This document shows positions 18,701 through 27,227 of a DNA stretch of 64,000 bases, one piece after another. Source of the DNA: Myxococcota bacterium (GTDB taxonomy: Bacteria > Myxococcota_A > UBA9160 > SZUA-336); contig JBHHVJ010000015.1 of the NCBI GenBank assembly GCA_046754285.1, positions 78-64,077 of the forward strand, given 5' to 3'. Each line of letters opens with the position of its first letter. Within the stretch, counting starts at the first letter, position 1. Below the pieces are notes generated by a model that worked only from the letters and a program-made list of their open reading frames with translations, searched no databases and had not been told where the DNA came from. The position numbers were made by a program, and so were the translations under genes.

Positions 18701-19267
18701 TCATCCGTCCCGCGCCGCGGGATCGCGCACTTCGAGGTCGGCGGACGGCAGCAGGAGATCCTCCAGAAAGAAGGCAGAGAACTCGGTGCGGCTCGAGACA
18801 CCGGCTTTGCGATAGACGGCCGCCGCCTGCTGTCGGACCGTCCGCTCGCTCTTGCCGAGCAGTCGAGCGATCTCGCCGTGCGTGTAGCCCTTGAGAACCA
18901 GCAGCGCCGTATCGCGCTCAGCGGGGGTCAGGCTCCAGCGGCGAAGCTGCGCATCGATCTCCTCACCCAGGCCCCGCAGAACGCTGCGTGCACGCTCCCG
19001 CCAGCGGTCCCGCTCGGCCCGCCGCTCGGCGAGACTCCGCTCGGCATCCGCGAGCGAGACCTCCGCGCGCCGCCAGCTCTGCCAGAGCCACAGCGACGCC
19101 CCGAGCGCAAAGCTGATCATGGCGAGCTCGAAGGCCACGTGGAAGCTCCACAGGGTCGCGGGGCGATCGAGAACCAGATCGATCGCCCCCCCGACCGCGA
19201 TCACGCCGAGCACGAGCGTCAGGACGCGCAGCGTGCGGGGCTCGACCTCTGCAGCTGGACTCCTCAT
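18701..19267 (-). CDS. LuxR-family transcriptional regulator with membrane N-terminal domain
   Basis: Two TM helices, then a LuxR-type HTH (LTPAERDTALLVLKGYTHGEIARLLGKSERTVRQQAAAVYRK). RBS GGGAGG. Confidence 0.8.
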   Translation of the reverse strand: MRSPAAEVEPRTLRVLTLVLGVIAVGGAIDLVLDRPATLWSFHVAFELAMISFALGASLWLWQSWRRAEVSLADAERSLAERRAERDRWRERARSVLRGLGEEIDAQLRRWSLTPAERDTALLVLKGYTHGEIARLLGKSERTVRQQAAAVYRKAGVSSRTEFSAFFLEDLLLPSADLEVRDPAARDG

Positions 19268-19397
19268 GGGGGCGTACCTCCCTCTCGACGCACGCGGGAG
19301 GCCGCAAAGAGCCCGGCCTCCGACAACTGTCGGATGGTAACCCGGTCACCGGCGCACAGACTCGTGGGAGGTCTGAGATCCTGGAAGGAGTGTCCCC

Positions 19398-19949
19398 ATG
19401 CTTCCCAATCCGCTGCATCCCGCCGTCGTCCACTTTCCCATCGTTCTCGCGCTGCTGCTCCCGCTCGCCAGCGCACTCGGCCTGCTCACGATTCGCCGTG
19501 GGCGCCGGACCGCTCACGCGTGGGCAGGCGTCGTCGTGCTGCAGGCCGCGCTGGCTCTGACCTGCTGGCTCGCGCTGGAGACGGGCGAGCACGAAGAGGA
19601 GACCGTCGAGCGTGTTGTGGCCGAACGCCACATCGAGGCGCATGAGGAGGCGGCGGAAGGCTTCGCGACGCTTGCGGCCGCCGGGTGCGTCGTCGCGCTC
19701 CTCGGTCTGCTCGCAGGGATCCTCGGATCCACCGCCCGGATCGCGCATCTGGGTCTCTCACTCGTGCTGCTTGCCGGAGGCGTACGGGTCGGGCACCTGG
19801 GAGGGGAGCTGGTCTACCGCTACGGTGCGGCGGCCGCATACGTCTCCGGATCGCTGGATGGCCACCGGCACGGGGCTCAGGGCCATCGAGTCGTCGCGCG
19901 GGGTCACGAGCACGACGACCACGACGGGCACGGCGGGCCCGACGACTGA
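19398..19949 (+). CDS. DUF2231 family membrane protein with His/Asp-rich C-terminus
   Basis: HPAVVHFPIVLALL signature. RBS GGAAGGAG. C-terminal HRHGAQGHRVVARGHEHDDHDGHGG tail is a possible metal-binding region. Confidence 0.65.
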   Translation: MLPNPLHPAVVHFPIVLALLLPLASALGLLTIRRGRRTAHAWAGVVVLQAALALTCWLALETGEHEEETVERVVAERHIEAHEEAAEGFATLAAAGCVVALLGLLAGILGSTARIAHLGLSLVLLAGGVRVGHLGGELVYRYGAAAAYVSGSLDGHRHGAQGHRVVARGHEHDDHDGHGGPDD

Positions 19950-20042
19950 GAGGCGGCTCAACGGGGACACCGGCGGCGAATCCGCGGTATAGACTGGCTG
20001 AGGGTGCGCAGAGGGCGCCGCGGGCCCGCTTGGAGGACTGCC

Positions 20043-20870
20043 GTGGACGTGCAGGGAAGGACGGTCGTGGTGACGGGCGCGGCGCGCGGGATCGGCCGCG
20101 GGATCGCCGAGGGCTTCGCCCGCGCCGGCGCACGCGTCGTGCTCGCGGACCTCGGCTCGCTCGCCGGGGGTGCGGCGGGCCGCTGGGCCTACGCGCTGGC
20201 GTCGGCGGAGACGCTGCAGGAGGCCGCGGATGCAATCCGGAAGGACGGGGGGGAGGCGGCCGCGGTCGAGGCGGACGTGACGAGCGCCTCTTCCTGCGAG
20301 CGGATGATCGCGGAGGCCGAGCGGATCTTCGGTCCGGTCGACGTGCTCGTGAACAACGCCGGCCTCGTCAAGACCGGCGGGATCGCGAGCTACGACGAGG
20401 CGGACTGGCAGCGTCTCTTCGACGTCAACGTGAAAGGGACCTTCCTGGCCTCGCGAGCCGTGATCCCCGCAATGAGCCAGCGGGGTGGGGGTGTGATCCT
20501 CCATCTCTCCTCGATCGCGGGCAAGCGGGGCTATGCGGGTCTGGGCGCGTACTGCGCTTCGAAGTTCGCCATCATCGGCCTGACGCAGTCGATGGCCCTC
20601 GAGCTCGCGCCGGCCGGCATCCGCGTGAATGCGATCTGCCCCGGGCTGCTCGCCACCGCCATGTGGATGGATCACCTCTCACACGGCATCGGGATGGCCT
20701 GGAAGAAGGCGCCGGGCCGGGAGGCCTTCGAGGCGTTCGTCGAGCGGAGCACACCGCTCGGGCGTGAGCAGACCCCAGCGGACATCGCCGAGGCCGCGCT
20801 CTACCTCGTGCGAGCCGAGAACGTGACCGGAGTCGCCCTCAGCGTCTCCGGCGGAACCGAGCTGAGCTGA
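20043..20870 (+). CDS. SDR family oxidoreductase
   Basis: GTG start with RBS GGAGGA 7 nt upstream (track ORF begins 20004). TGAARGIG Rossmann. YCASK active site. Confidence 0.8.
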   Translation: MDVQGRTVVVTGAARGIGRGIAEGFARAGARVVLADLGSLAGGAAGRWAYALASAETLQEAADAIRKDGGEAAAVEADVTSASSCERMIAEAERIFGPVDVLVNNAGLVKTGGIASYDEADWQRLFDVNVKGTFLASRAVIPAMSQRGGGVILHLSSIAGKRGYAGLGAYCASKFAIIGLTQSMALELAPAGIRVNAICPGLLATAMWMDHLSHGIGMAWKKAPGREAFEAFVERSTPLGREQTPADIAEAALYLVRAENVTGVALSVSGGTELS

Positions 20871-20908
20871 CCCGGAGCCCCGGGCGCTCTGCCGGGCCTT
20901 CCCCGGGC

Positions 20909-21934
20909 TCAGGAGCTCGAGGCGTCGCGCACGGCATCCAGCACGCGCTGCGCGGTCGGGACGTAGGCGTCCTCGAGCGGGGGGCTGAACGGAACCGGCG
21001 CGTGCGGTGCCGTCACGCGCTTGACGGGGGCGTCGAGCCAATCGAAGCCGCGGTCGGCACAGAGGGCTGCGATGTCACTCGCGATGCCGCAGCGGGGCGG
21101 CGCCTCGTCGACGACGACCACGCGTCCGGTGTGTGCGAGGCTCTCCAGGATCATTTCCTCGTCGAGAGGCTGAAGGCTGCGCAGGTCGATCACCTCGGCA
21201 TCGGTCCCCTCTGCCGCGAGCCGCTCAGCCGCCTCGAGCGCCACGTGCACCGTCTTCCCGACACCGATCAGCGTCACGTCCCCACCCTGCCGGGCGATGC
21301 GCGCCTTGCCGATGGGTACCTCGTAGTCCCCCTCTGGAACCTCGCCCGTCGTGAACATCAGGGACTTGGGCTCGCAGAAGATGACCGGATCGTCGTCGCG
21401 GATCGCCGCGAGGAGCAGTCCCTTGGCGTCGGCCGGTGTGGCCGGACAGAGGGTCTTGAGCCCGGGAATCGCGGTCGTCATCCCGTAGAGCGTCTGGGAA
21501 TGCTGCGCGGCCGCCCGCGCCCCCGCGCCACAGGACGTGCGGACCGTGAGCGGGACGCGCGCCTTCCCGCCAAACATGTAGCGAAGCTTCGCCGCCTGGT
21601 TCAGCAGCGGATCGAGAGCGACACCGATGAAGTCCATGAACATGAGCTCCACAATGGGGCGCAGACCCGTCGCGGCCGCACCCACCGCCGCGCCCACGAA
21701 GCCCATCTCGCTGATTGGCGTGTCGCGCACGCGCTCGGGCCCGAACGCCTTGAGCAGTCCCTTGGTCGCACCCATGATGCCCCCCCAGGCCTCCTCGATT
21801 CCCTGGTCCTCGCGGCCGCCGCCGCCCGCGATGTCCTCGCCCAAGACGATCACGTCGGGATCCGAGGCGAGTGCGATGTGCAAGGCCTCGTTCAGGGCGG
21901 CCACGTAACTGAGCTCCCGGCCCATCCCGCTCAC
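20909..21934 (-). CDS. 2-oxoacid (acetoin/pyruvate-type) dehydrogenase E1 component beta subunit
   Basis: Transketolase-like E1 beta signatures (IVLGEDIAGGGG, TPISEMGFVGAAVGAA). Its start overlaps the E1 alpha stop (ATGA). Confidence 0.85.
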   Translation of the reverse strand: MSGMGRELSYVAALNEALHIALASDPDVIVLGEDIAGGGGREDQGIEEAWGGIMGATKGLLKAFGPERVRDTPISEMGFVGAAVGAAATGLRPIVELMFMDFIGVALDPLLNQAAKLRYMFGGKARVPLTVRTSCGAGARAAAQHSQTLYGMTTAIPGLKTLCPATPADAKGLLLAAIRDDDPVIFCEPKSLMFTTGEVPEGDYEVPIGKARIARQGGDVTLIGVGKTVHVALEAAERLAAEGTDAEVIDLRSLQPLDEEMILESLAHTGRVVVVDEAPPRCGIASDIAALCADRGFDWLDAPVKRVTAPHAPVPFSPPLEDAYVPTAQRVLDAVRDASSS

Positions 21935-22959
21935 CCGCTCGCGTAGACGTCGGTGGTGACGTCCTCCGGCTGTGGAAGCGGGCTCCGCTCGGCGAAGCTC
22001 ACAGCCTCGTCCACCTCTCGGACCGCCTCGTGATCGATGCGACGCAGCTCGGACTCGTCGAGCCAGCCCTCCGCCCGGACCCTCCGCTCGAAGGCCTCGA
22101 GCGGGTCACGTGTCTGCCGGACCTGGTCCGCCTCCTCCTTGCTGCGGTAGGTCAGCGGATCGCCCACGTAGTGACCGAAGTACCGGTACGTCTTGCACTC
22201 GAGCAATGTCGGCCCTCCTCCACTTCGCGCGCGCTCGATCGCCTCTCCGGCCTTGCGGTGCACTTCGAAGAAGTCCATCCCGTCGGCGATGACTCCCGCC
22301 ATCGCGTAGGCGCTCGCACGCGCGGCCAGATCCCGTACGGGAGTTACGAACTCGGTCGGTGTAGCCTCTCCGTAGCCGTTGTTCTCGACGACGAAGACCA
22401 CCGGCAGCCGCCAGATAGAAGCCAGATTCAGCGCCTCGTGAAACTGACCCTGGTTGGCAGCACCGTCTCCGAAAAAGGCTACCGCCACACCGTCGGTGTG
22501 TCGCAGCGTGGCGCTCAGGCCCGCGCCCACCGCGAGTGGGAGACCCGCGCCCACGATTCCGTTCGCACCGAGCATACCGCGATCGAGATCGGCGATGTGC
22601 ATCGAGCCTCCCTTCCCCTTGCAGACGCCCGTCACACGACCGAAAAGCTCGGCCATCATCGCGCGCACGTCCACGCCCTTGGCGATGCAGTGACCGTGTC
22701 CGCGGTGGGTCGAGCAGACGATGTCCCGTTCCGCGAGCGAGGAGCACACGCCGACCGCCACCGCCTCCTCGCCAGCGTACAGGTGCAGGAAGCCCGCGAG
22801 CTTACCGGCCGTGACCAGCTGTGCGAGCTTCTCCTCGAAGACGCGGATCGTTCGCATGAGCCGGTAGGCCTCGAGGAGTCTCTCACGCGAGATCACCGAG
22901 CTCTCCTCCTCCCGCTCGCCCCTGGCGGGCGCCGCCGCTGCCGTGTCGCTTGACCCCAT
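21931..22959 (-). CDS. TPP-dependent 2-oxoacid dehydrogenase E1 component alpha subunit
   Basis: Start trimmed to internal ATG (MGSSDT...). TPP-binding GDGAANQGQFHEALN. YRYFGH motif. The upstream part of the track ORF is low-complexity. Confidence 0.85.
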   Translation of the reverse strand: MGSSDTAAAAPARGEREEESSVISRERLLEAYRLMRTIRVFEEKLAQLVTAGKLAGFLHLYAGEEAVAVGVCSSLAERDIVCSTHRGHGHCIAKGVDVRAMMAELFGRVTGVCKGKGGSMHIADLDRGMLGANGIVGAGLPLAVGAGLSATLRHTDGVAVAFFGDGAANQGQFHEALNLASIWRLPVVFVVENNGYGEATPTEFVTPVRDLAARASAYAMAGVIADGMDFFEVHRKAGEAIERARSGGGPTLLECKTYRYFGHYVGDPLTYRSKEEADQVRQTRDPLEAFERRVRAEGWLDESELRRIDHEAVREVDEAVSFAERSPLPQPEDVTTDVYASG

Positions 22960-23017
22960 TCTAGGCGGTTTGCCAAGCTCGCGTCGCACCCCGCAGCCCG
23001 GCCCCCTGGAGGAGAGG

Positions 23018-24310
23018 ATGCCCAAGCCGATCGTCATGCCGAAGCTCGGGATGACGATGCGCGAGGGCACCGTGCTGGAGTGGCTCGTCCAGCCCGGCGA
23101 GCCCATCCAGACGGGCGCCCCGCTGCTGCGGATCGAGTCCGAGAAGGCCGAGTTCGAGATCGAAGCGGTGGACTCGGGCGTGCTGCGCCACCTCTACGCG
23201 ACACCCGGCACGACGCTGCCCTGCGGCGCCCTGCTCGCCGCGCTGACCCCGACGGCGGAGGAGCCGTTCGACCCGCAGGCGTTCGCCGTCACGCAGGCAA
23301 CGCCCGAGCCCCTCCCTGCCGGATCGCGTACCCCCGCGACGCGCGAGGTCGCTTCGCGCGCCACGCGCCAGCGGAGCCGGTCCATCACGCCCGCGGCGCG
23401 TCGACGCGCGAAGGAGCTCGGCGTCGAGCTCGCCGGGATTCCCGGCTGCGGGCCCGGAGGTCGGATCACTCGCGAGGACGTCGAGCAGCGAGCCCGGGAG
23501 CTCGCCGCGCGCGTCGAGGTGACCCCCGGGGTTGCCCTCGAGCTCCACTGCGAGGGCGAGGGCGAGACGGTGCTCCTGCTCCCGGGCTTCGGGACCGACT
23601 GCTCGGTCTTCTCGCCCCAGACGCCCGCGCTTCTCGAGCGCTACCGCGTCTGCGCGCTCAACCCTCGCGGCGTGGGTCTCTCGGACGCGCCCGAGGCGGA
23701 GCGCTACGACATGGAGACGAGCGCGTGCGACGCCGCCGCAGCCATCGACGGCCCGGTGCACGTGATCGGTCTCAGCCTCGGCGCCAGCGTCGCAATCGAG
23801 CTCGCGCTTCGCGAGCCGGAGCGTGTGAGATCCCTGGTCCTGATGGCGCCTCTGGTTCGCGCCGGCGGGCGCCTCAGCGCCGTGATCGAGGCGTGGTGCC
23901 GGATCGCGGCGGCTGCCGACCCGGAGCTGCTCGCGTACAGCCTGCTCCCGTGGCTGTACTCCCCGGGCTACCTGGCCCAGGTGGAGCGCCGCGAGCGGGC
24001 GCTTCGGGGTCTGGCCGAGACGGCCGCGAAGGTTCCAGCGACGACCTTGCGACGCAGTGCGGCGGGGCTGGCCACCTGGTCGGGCACGCGCGAGGGGGAT
24101 CTGCGGAAGCTGCGCGCACCGACCTTGGTGCTCGCGGGCGAGCAGGACCTGCTCACACCGAACGCAGATCAGATCGCGGAGATCATCCCGGGGGCGAAGG
24201 CCCTGCGGCTCCCCGACGTCGGCCATGCGCTGGGCCTGGAGGCTCCGGCCGAGGTCAACCGGGCCATCCTGGCCCACCTGGCCCGTTCCGGAGAGGCAAG
24301 AAAGTCTTGA
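23018..24310 (+). CDS. AcoC-type dihydrolipoamide acetyltransferase-like E2: lipoyl domain + E3-binding domain + alpha/beta-hydrolase fold
   Basis: Internal ATG with RBS GGAGGAGAGG. Lipoyl-lysine context LRIESEKAEFEIEA. Peripheral-subunit-binding domain ITPAARRRAKELGVEL. Hydrolase nucleophile elbow GLSLGA. Divergent from the E1 alpha/beta genes. Confidence 0.8.
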   Translation: MPKPIVMPKLGMTMREGTVLEWLVQPGEPIQTGAPLLRIESEKAEFEIEAVDSGVLRHLYATPGTTLPCGALLAALTPTAEEPFDPQAFAVTQATPEPLPAGSRTPATREVASRATRQRSRSITPAARRRAKELGVELAGIPGCGPGGRITREDVEQRARELAARVEVTPGVALELHCEGEGETVLLLPGFGTDCSVFSPQTPALLERYRVCALNPRGVGLSDAPEAERYDMETSACDAAAAIDGPVHVIGLSLGASVAIELALREPERVRSLVLMAPLVRAGGRLSAVIEAWCRIAAAADPELLAYSLLPWLYSPGYLAQVERRERALRGLAETAAKVPATTLRRSAAGLATWSGTREGDLRKLRAPTLVLAGEQDLLTPNADQIAEIIPGAKALRLPDVGHALGLEAPAEVNRAILAHLARSGEARKS

Positions 24311-24468
24311 TCTTCCCGGCAGGCTGAGGGATGCTAGACCTGAATTCAGCCCGGGTGTCCGCCCTCGGGCACAGACAGCGGGTCCGGTCCGCCGCCGGTG
24401 CCCACCGCCCGCGTAGGACCGCGCAGGACCTCGCAGGAGAGAGCGGGCCCGAGCGCGAGGAGGCCGCC

Positions 24469-25557
24469 ATGCATCACAGGCTCGTGTTCCCCCTTCCGCT
24501 GCTCCCGTTCCTGGCTCTGCTTCTGATCGCGCCCTCGGCACCGGCGCAGAGCCCCGTCTGCCCTGCACCGATCTCCACCTGCCGAATCCTCGAGATCGAC
24601 CCGAACCTGCCGCTCCCGCTCGATCCCTCGCTGGCGAGCCCGGAGGTGCTTCCGATCCCCCTGATTCCGTGCCCACCCGGGTACGAGTGCGTCTGCGTTC
24701 CGAGCTGCCCTCGCTGCGACGACTGCGCGGCCCAGGTCTGCGTGGAGGCGAAGGCCGAGTGCCGGACCGCGTGCGACTGCCCGCCGGGTCTCGGCTGCTT
24801 CGACGGCCGCTGCATCGCGGGCTTCGCGCCCGTCTACTGCTGCGACAGCGACGTCTGCCCAGCCGGGCAGCAATGCCAGCACCGTGACGGCTCGATGGGC
24901 CGCTGCAAGCCTCCGTGTGTCGACGAGCTCTGGCTTTGCGATCCGACACTTGGGCCGTCCGGCGACGGCTGTGGACCGGACCGCGTCTGTTCGTGCACGG
25001 CGAGCTGCCCGTTCTGCGAGGACTGCGGCCCTCCCGTTTGCCTGCCCCCCGGCGCCCCGACCCCGTACCGCTGCGGACCCGAGGGAGGCTGCGCACGACC
25101 CGGGGACCACTGTGTCTGCGCGTCGAGCTGCCCCGGCTGTGACGACTGCGCGCTGGCCGTCTGCGTGCCGGATCACTGCTCCGACCCGCGCTGCGAGGAG
25201 CGGCTGCGCGAGTCGAGCGAGCGCATCCGGTTGGTCGTCCGGCTCACCAACCGCTGCCACGATTCGCGTGAGTGCGTCCGGATCAACACCAGCACGCGCT
25301 GCCGCGGGACCTGCGGGGCGTGGGTGAATCGCCGCCACGCGGATCGGGCCCGCGCGAAGATCCGCGCCATCGACGAGCTCATCTGTGCCAGCTACCAGGA
25401 GGACGGCTGCCCCTTCGCCACCCCTGCCTGCCTGCACGAGCGCGGGGTCTGCGTCCGCGGCCACTGCATCGGGGTTCCGATCCGCTTCCCGCCGCTGCTG
25501 GATCCGATCGCGGAGTTCATGCCGCCGTCCGATCTCCTTCTCGAGCCCTCGCGCTAG
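24469..25557 (+). CDS. Secreted cysteine-rich repeat protein (3x CxCxxSCPxCxDC module)
   Basis: Internal ATG with RBS GAGGAGG. Signal peptide MHHRLVFPLPLLPFLALLLIAPSAPA. About 50 Cys. Three copies of C[VS]C[VTA][PAS]SCP[RFG]C[DE]DC...VC[VL]. No known domain. Confidence 0.65.
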   Translation: MHHRLVFPLPLLPFLALLLIAPSAPAQSPVCPAPISTCRILEIDPNLPLPLDPSLASPEVLPIPLIPCPPGYECVCVPSCPRCDDCAAQVCVEAKAECRTACDCPPGLGCFDGRCIAGFAPVYCCDSDVCPAGQQCQHRDGSMGRCKPPCVDELWLCDPTLGPSGDGCGPDRVCSCTASCPFCEDCGPPVCLPPGAPTPYRCGPEGGCARPGDHCVCASSCPGCDDCALAVCVPDHCSDPRCEERLRESSERIRLVVRLTNRCHDSRECVRINTSTRCRGTCGAWVNRRHADRARAKIRAIDELICASYQEDGCPFATPACLHERGVCVRGHCIGVPIRFPPLLDPIAEFMPPSDLLLEPSR

Positions 25558-25850
25558 TGTCCCGTCTCGGAAGTCCGGTCACCTTGCTCGCCGCCGATCC
25601 ATCCCCGCGGACTGTGTTGCACTCCCTCGGAATATCTACGGATATTCCTCGCTCGTGCGCCTTGTCCGCTGCGCGTCTCGGCACCGAGAAAGGCAACGGG
25701 ACTTCCGGGACGGAACACTAGCCAGTGAGCCCGGGCGCCGTCGGCTCGGCGCCTGGGCTCCAGCTCGTACGCTCAACGGCCGATGCAGGAGCAGGGCCGG
25801 CCGGCGCCCGCAAGCGGCGTCGGTGGGACGGGCCCGTCTGCGGAGGTGTC

Positions 25851-26036
25851 ATGAAGTCCCTCAGACTCCTGATCCTGCTCTCCCTCGTCGCGACGCCCGG
25901 CTGCTATGCGACCAAGCTCGTCTCCGTTCCCATGCGGGTCGTGGGCGCACTCGGCTCGGCGGTACCGGTGGTGGGGAACACGACCCACGATGTGATCGAC
26001 GAGGCTGCGGAGATCGTGGACGAGCTACCCTTCTAG
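25851..26036 (+). CDS. Small lipoprotein (61 aa)
   Basis: RBS GGAGGTG 4 nt upstream of ATG. MKSLRLLILLSLVATPGC lipobox. Acidic C-terminus. The track ORF 25725..26036 was trimmed. Confidence 0.55.
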   Translation: MKSLRLLILLSLVATPGCYATKLVSVPMRVVGALGSAVPVVGNTTHDVIDEAAEIVDELPF

Positions 26037-26442
26037 CCCGCACTTCTCACCAAGTCCGCCGGGAGGTGCCGAGGACAGGGATCGGAGCTCAGCGCGCGTA
26101 AGCGCGGAGGCGAGCGAGGCGCCGCGGCTGCGTGATCAGCACGTAGGCGAACGACGAGAGCCTAGCCGCTGCGATTGGCGCGCAGGCTGTGACAGCTCGT
26201 CCGGTCGGCGAACCGGCCGAGCTGCCGCTCCTCGATGCGGTTCGCCGATTGGAAGCCCAGCTGCTGCGGGCCCTTGGAACCTGCTAGTGTTCTGTTCAGG
26301 GAGTTCGAGCGGGTTCTGGCGGCTGAGACACGAGCGAGGCGAATAGGTAGGTCCGTCGAACGCGTGCGGCGCCGCCAGCGCGGACGGATCGGCCGTCGAG
26401 AATGCAAGGGAGCTCCTGGGACAGGACGCTAGGGTTCGTACC

Positions 26443-27216
26443 ATGGATCGTCTAGCCGGGAGGGTCGCCATCATCACCGGTGGCGCACGCGGCATCGGTC
26501 GGGCCAGCTGCCGTGCGCTCGTGCGCGAGGGGGCTCGTGTGGTGATCGCCGACATCGAGGCCGATGGCGCCGCAGCGCTGGCCGCCGAGATCGAGCAGGC
26601 CGGAGGAGAGGCCCTGGCGGTCGCAACCGACGTGGCCGAGGAGGAATCGGTGGAGGCCCTGATCCGCAAGGCCGTCGAGCGCTTCGGCCGCCTCGACATT
26701 CTGCACAACAATGCGGCGCTGACCGCGCCTGGCCCCCTTTCGCGCGATACTGCGGTCACCGAGATGACGGTCGACGTCTGGGATCGAACCATGGCGGTGA
26801 ACCTGCGCAGCCAGATGCTGACCTCCAAGCACGCGATCCCCCACATGCTCCGAACGGAGCGCGGCGGCTCCATCGTGAACATGTCGTCGGGAGCGGCGCT
26901 GAAAGGCGACGCTCACCGCACCGCCTACGGGGCATCGAAGGCCGGAGTCCACGCCCTGACCCTGTACGTGGCGGCCGCATACGGTCGTCAGGGCGTTCGG
27001 GCCAACACGATCGTCCCCGGCCTGATCCTGACCGAGGCGGTTGCGGCGCAGGTCCCCGCCGCGATGCTCGAAGCCTACGAGAAGAAGCTGCTGACCCCAC
27101 GCGTCGGCGAGCCCGACGACGTCGCCAACCTCGTGGTCTTCCTCGCGTCGGACGACTCACGCTACGTGACAGGCCAGGCGATCGTGATCGACGGCGGCAT
27201 GTCGAGCCACGCCTGA
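26443..27216 (+). CDS. SDR family oxidoreductase
   Basis: TGGARGIG Rossmann. NNAAL. YGASK catalytic motif. 257 aa. Confidence 0.85.
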   Translation: MDRLAGRVAIITGGARGIGRASCRALVREGARVVIADIEADGAAALAAEIEQAGGEALAVATDVAEEESVEALIRKAVERFGRLDILHNNAALTAPGPLSRDTAVTEMTVDVWDRTMAVNLRSQMLTSKHAIPHMLRTERGGSIVNMSSGAALKGDAHRTAYGASKAGVHALTLYVAAAYGRQGVRANTIVPGLILTEAVAAQVPAAMLEAYEKKLLTPRVGEPDDVANLVVFLASDDSRYVTGQAIVIDGGMSSHA

Positions 27217-27227
27217 CCACGCGCGCT

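Noticed and set aside
22030-25096. Several long ORFs (307, 711, 415, 372 aa) on both strands
   Set aside because: Overlap and antisense to the E1 alpha, AcoC-like and Cys-rich protein genes. Extremely Arg/Gly/Pro-rich. No motifs.
25620-25660. Possible sigma-54 promoter (TTGCA element near 25615)
   Set aside because: GG-to-GC spacing is 10 rather than 12 nt, so it does not fit the -24/-12 geometry. Retained only as the palindrome observation.
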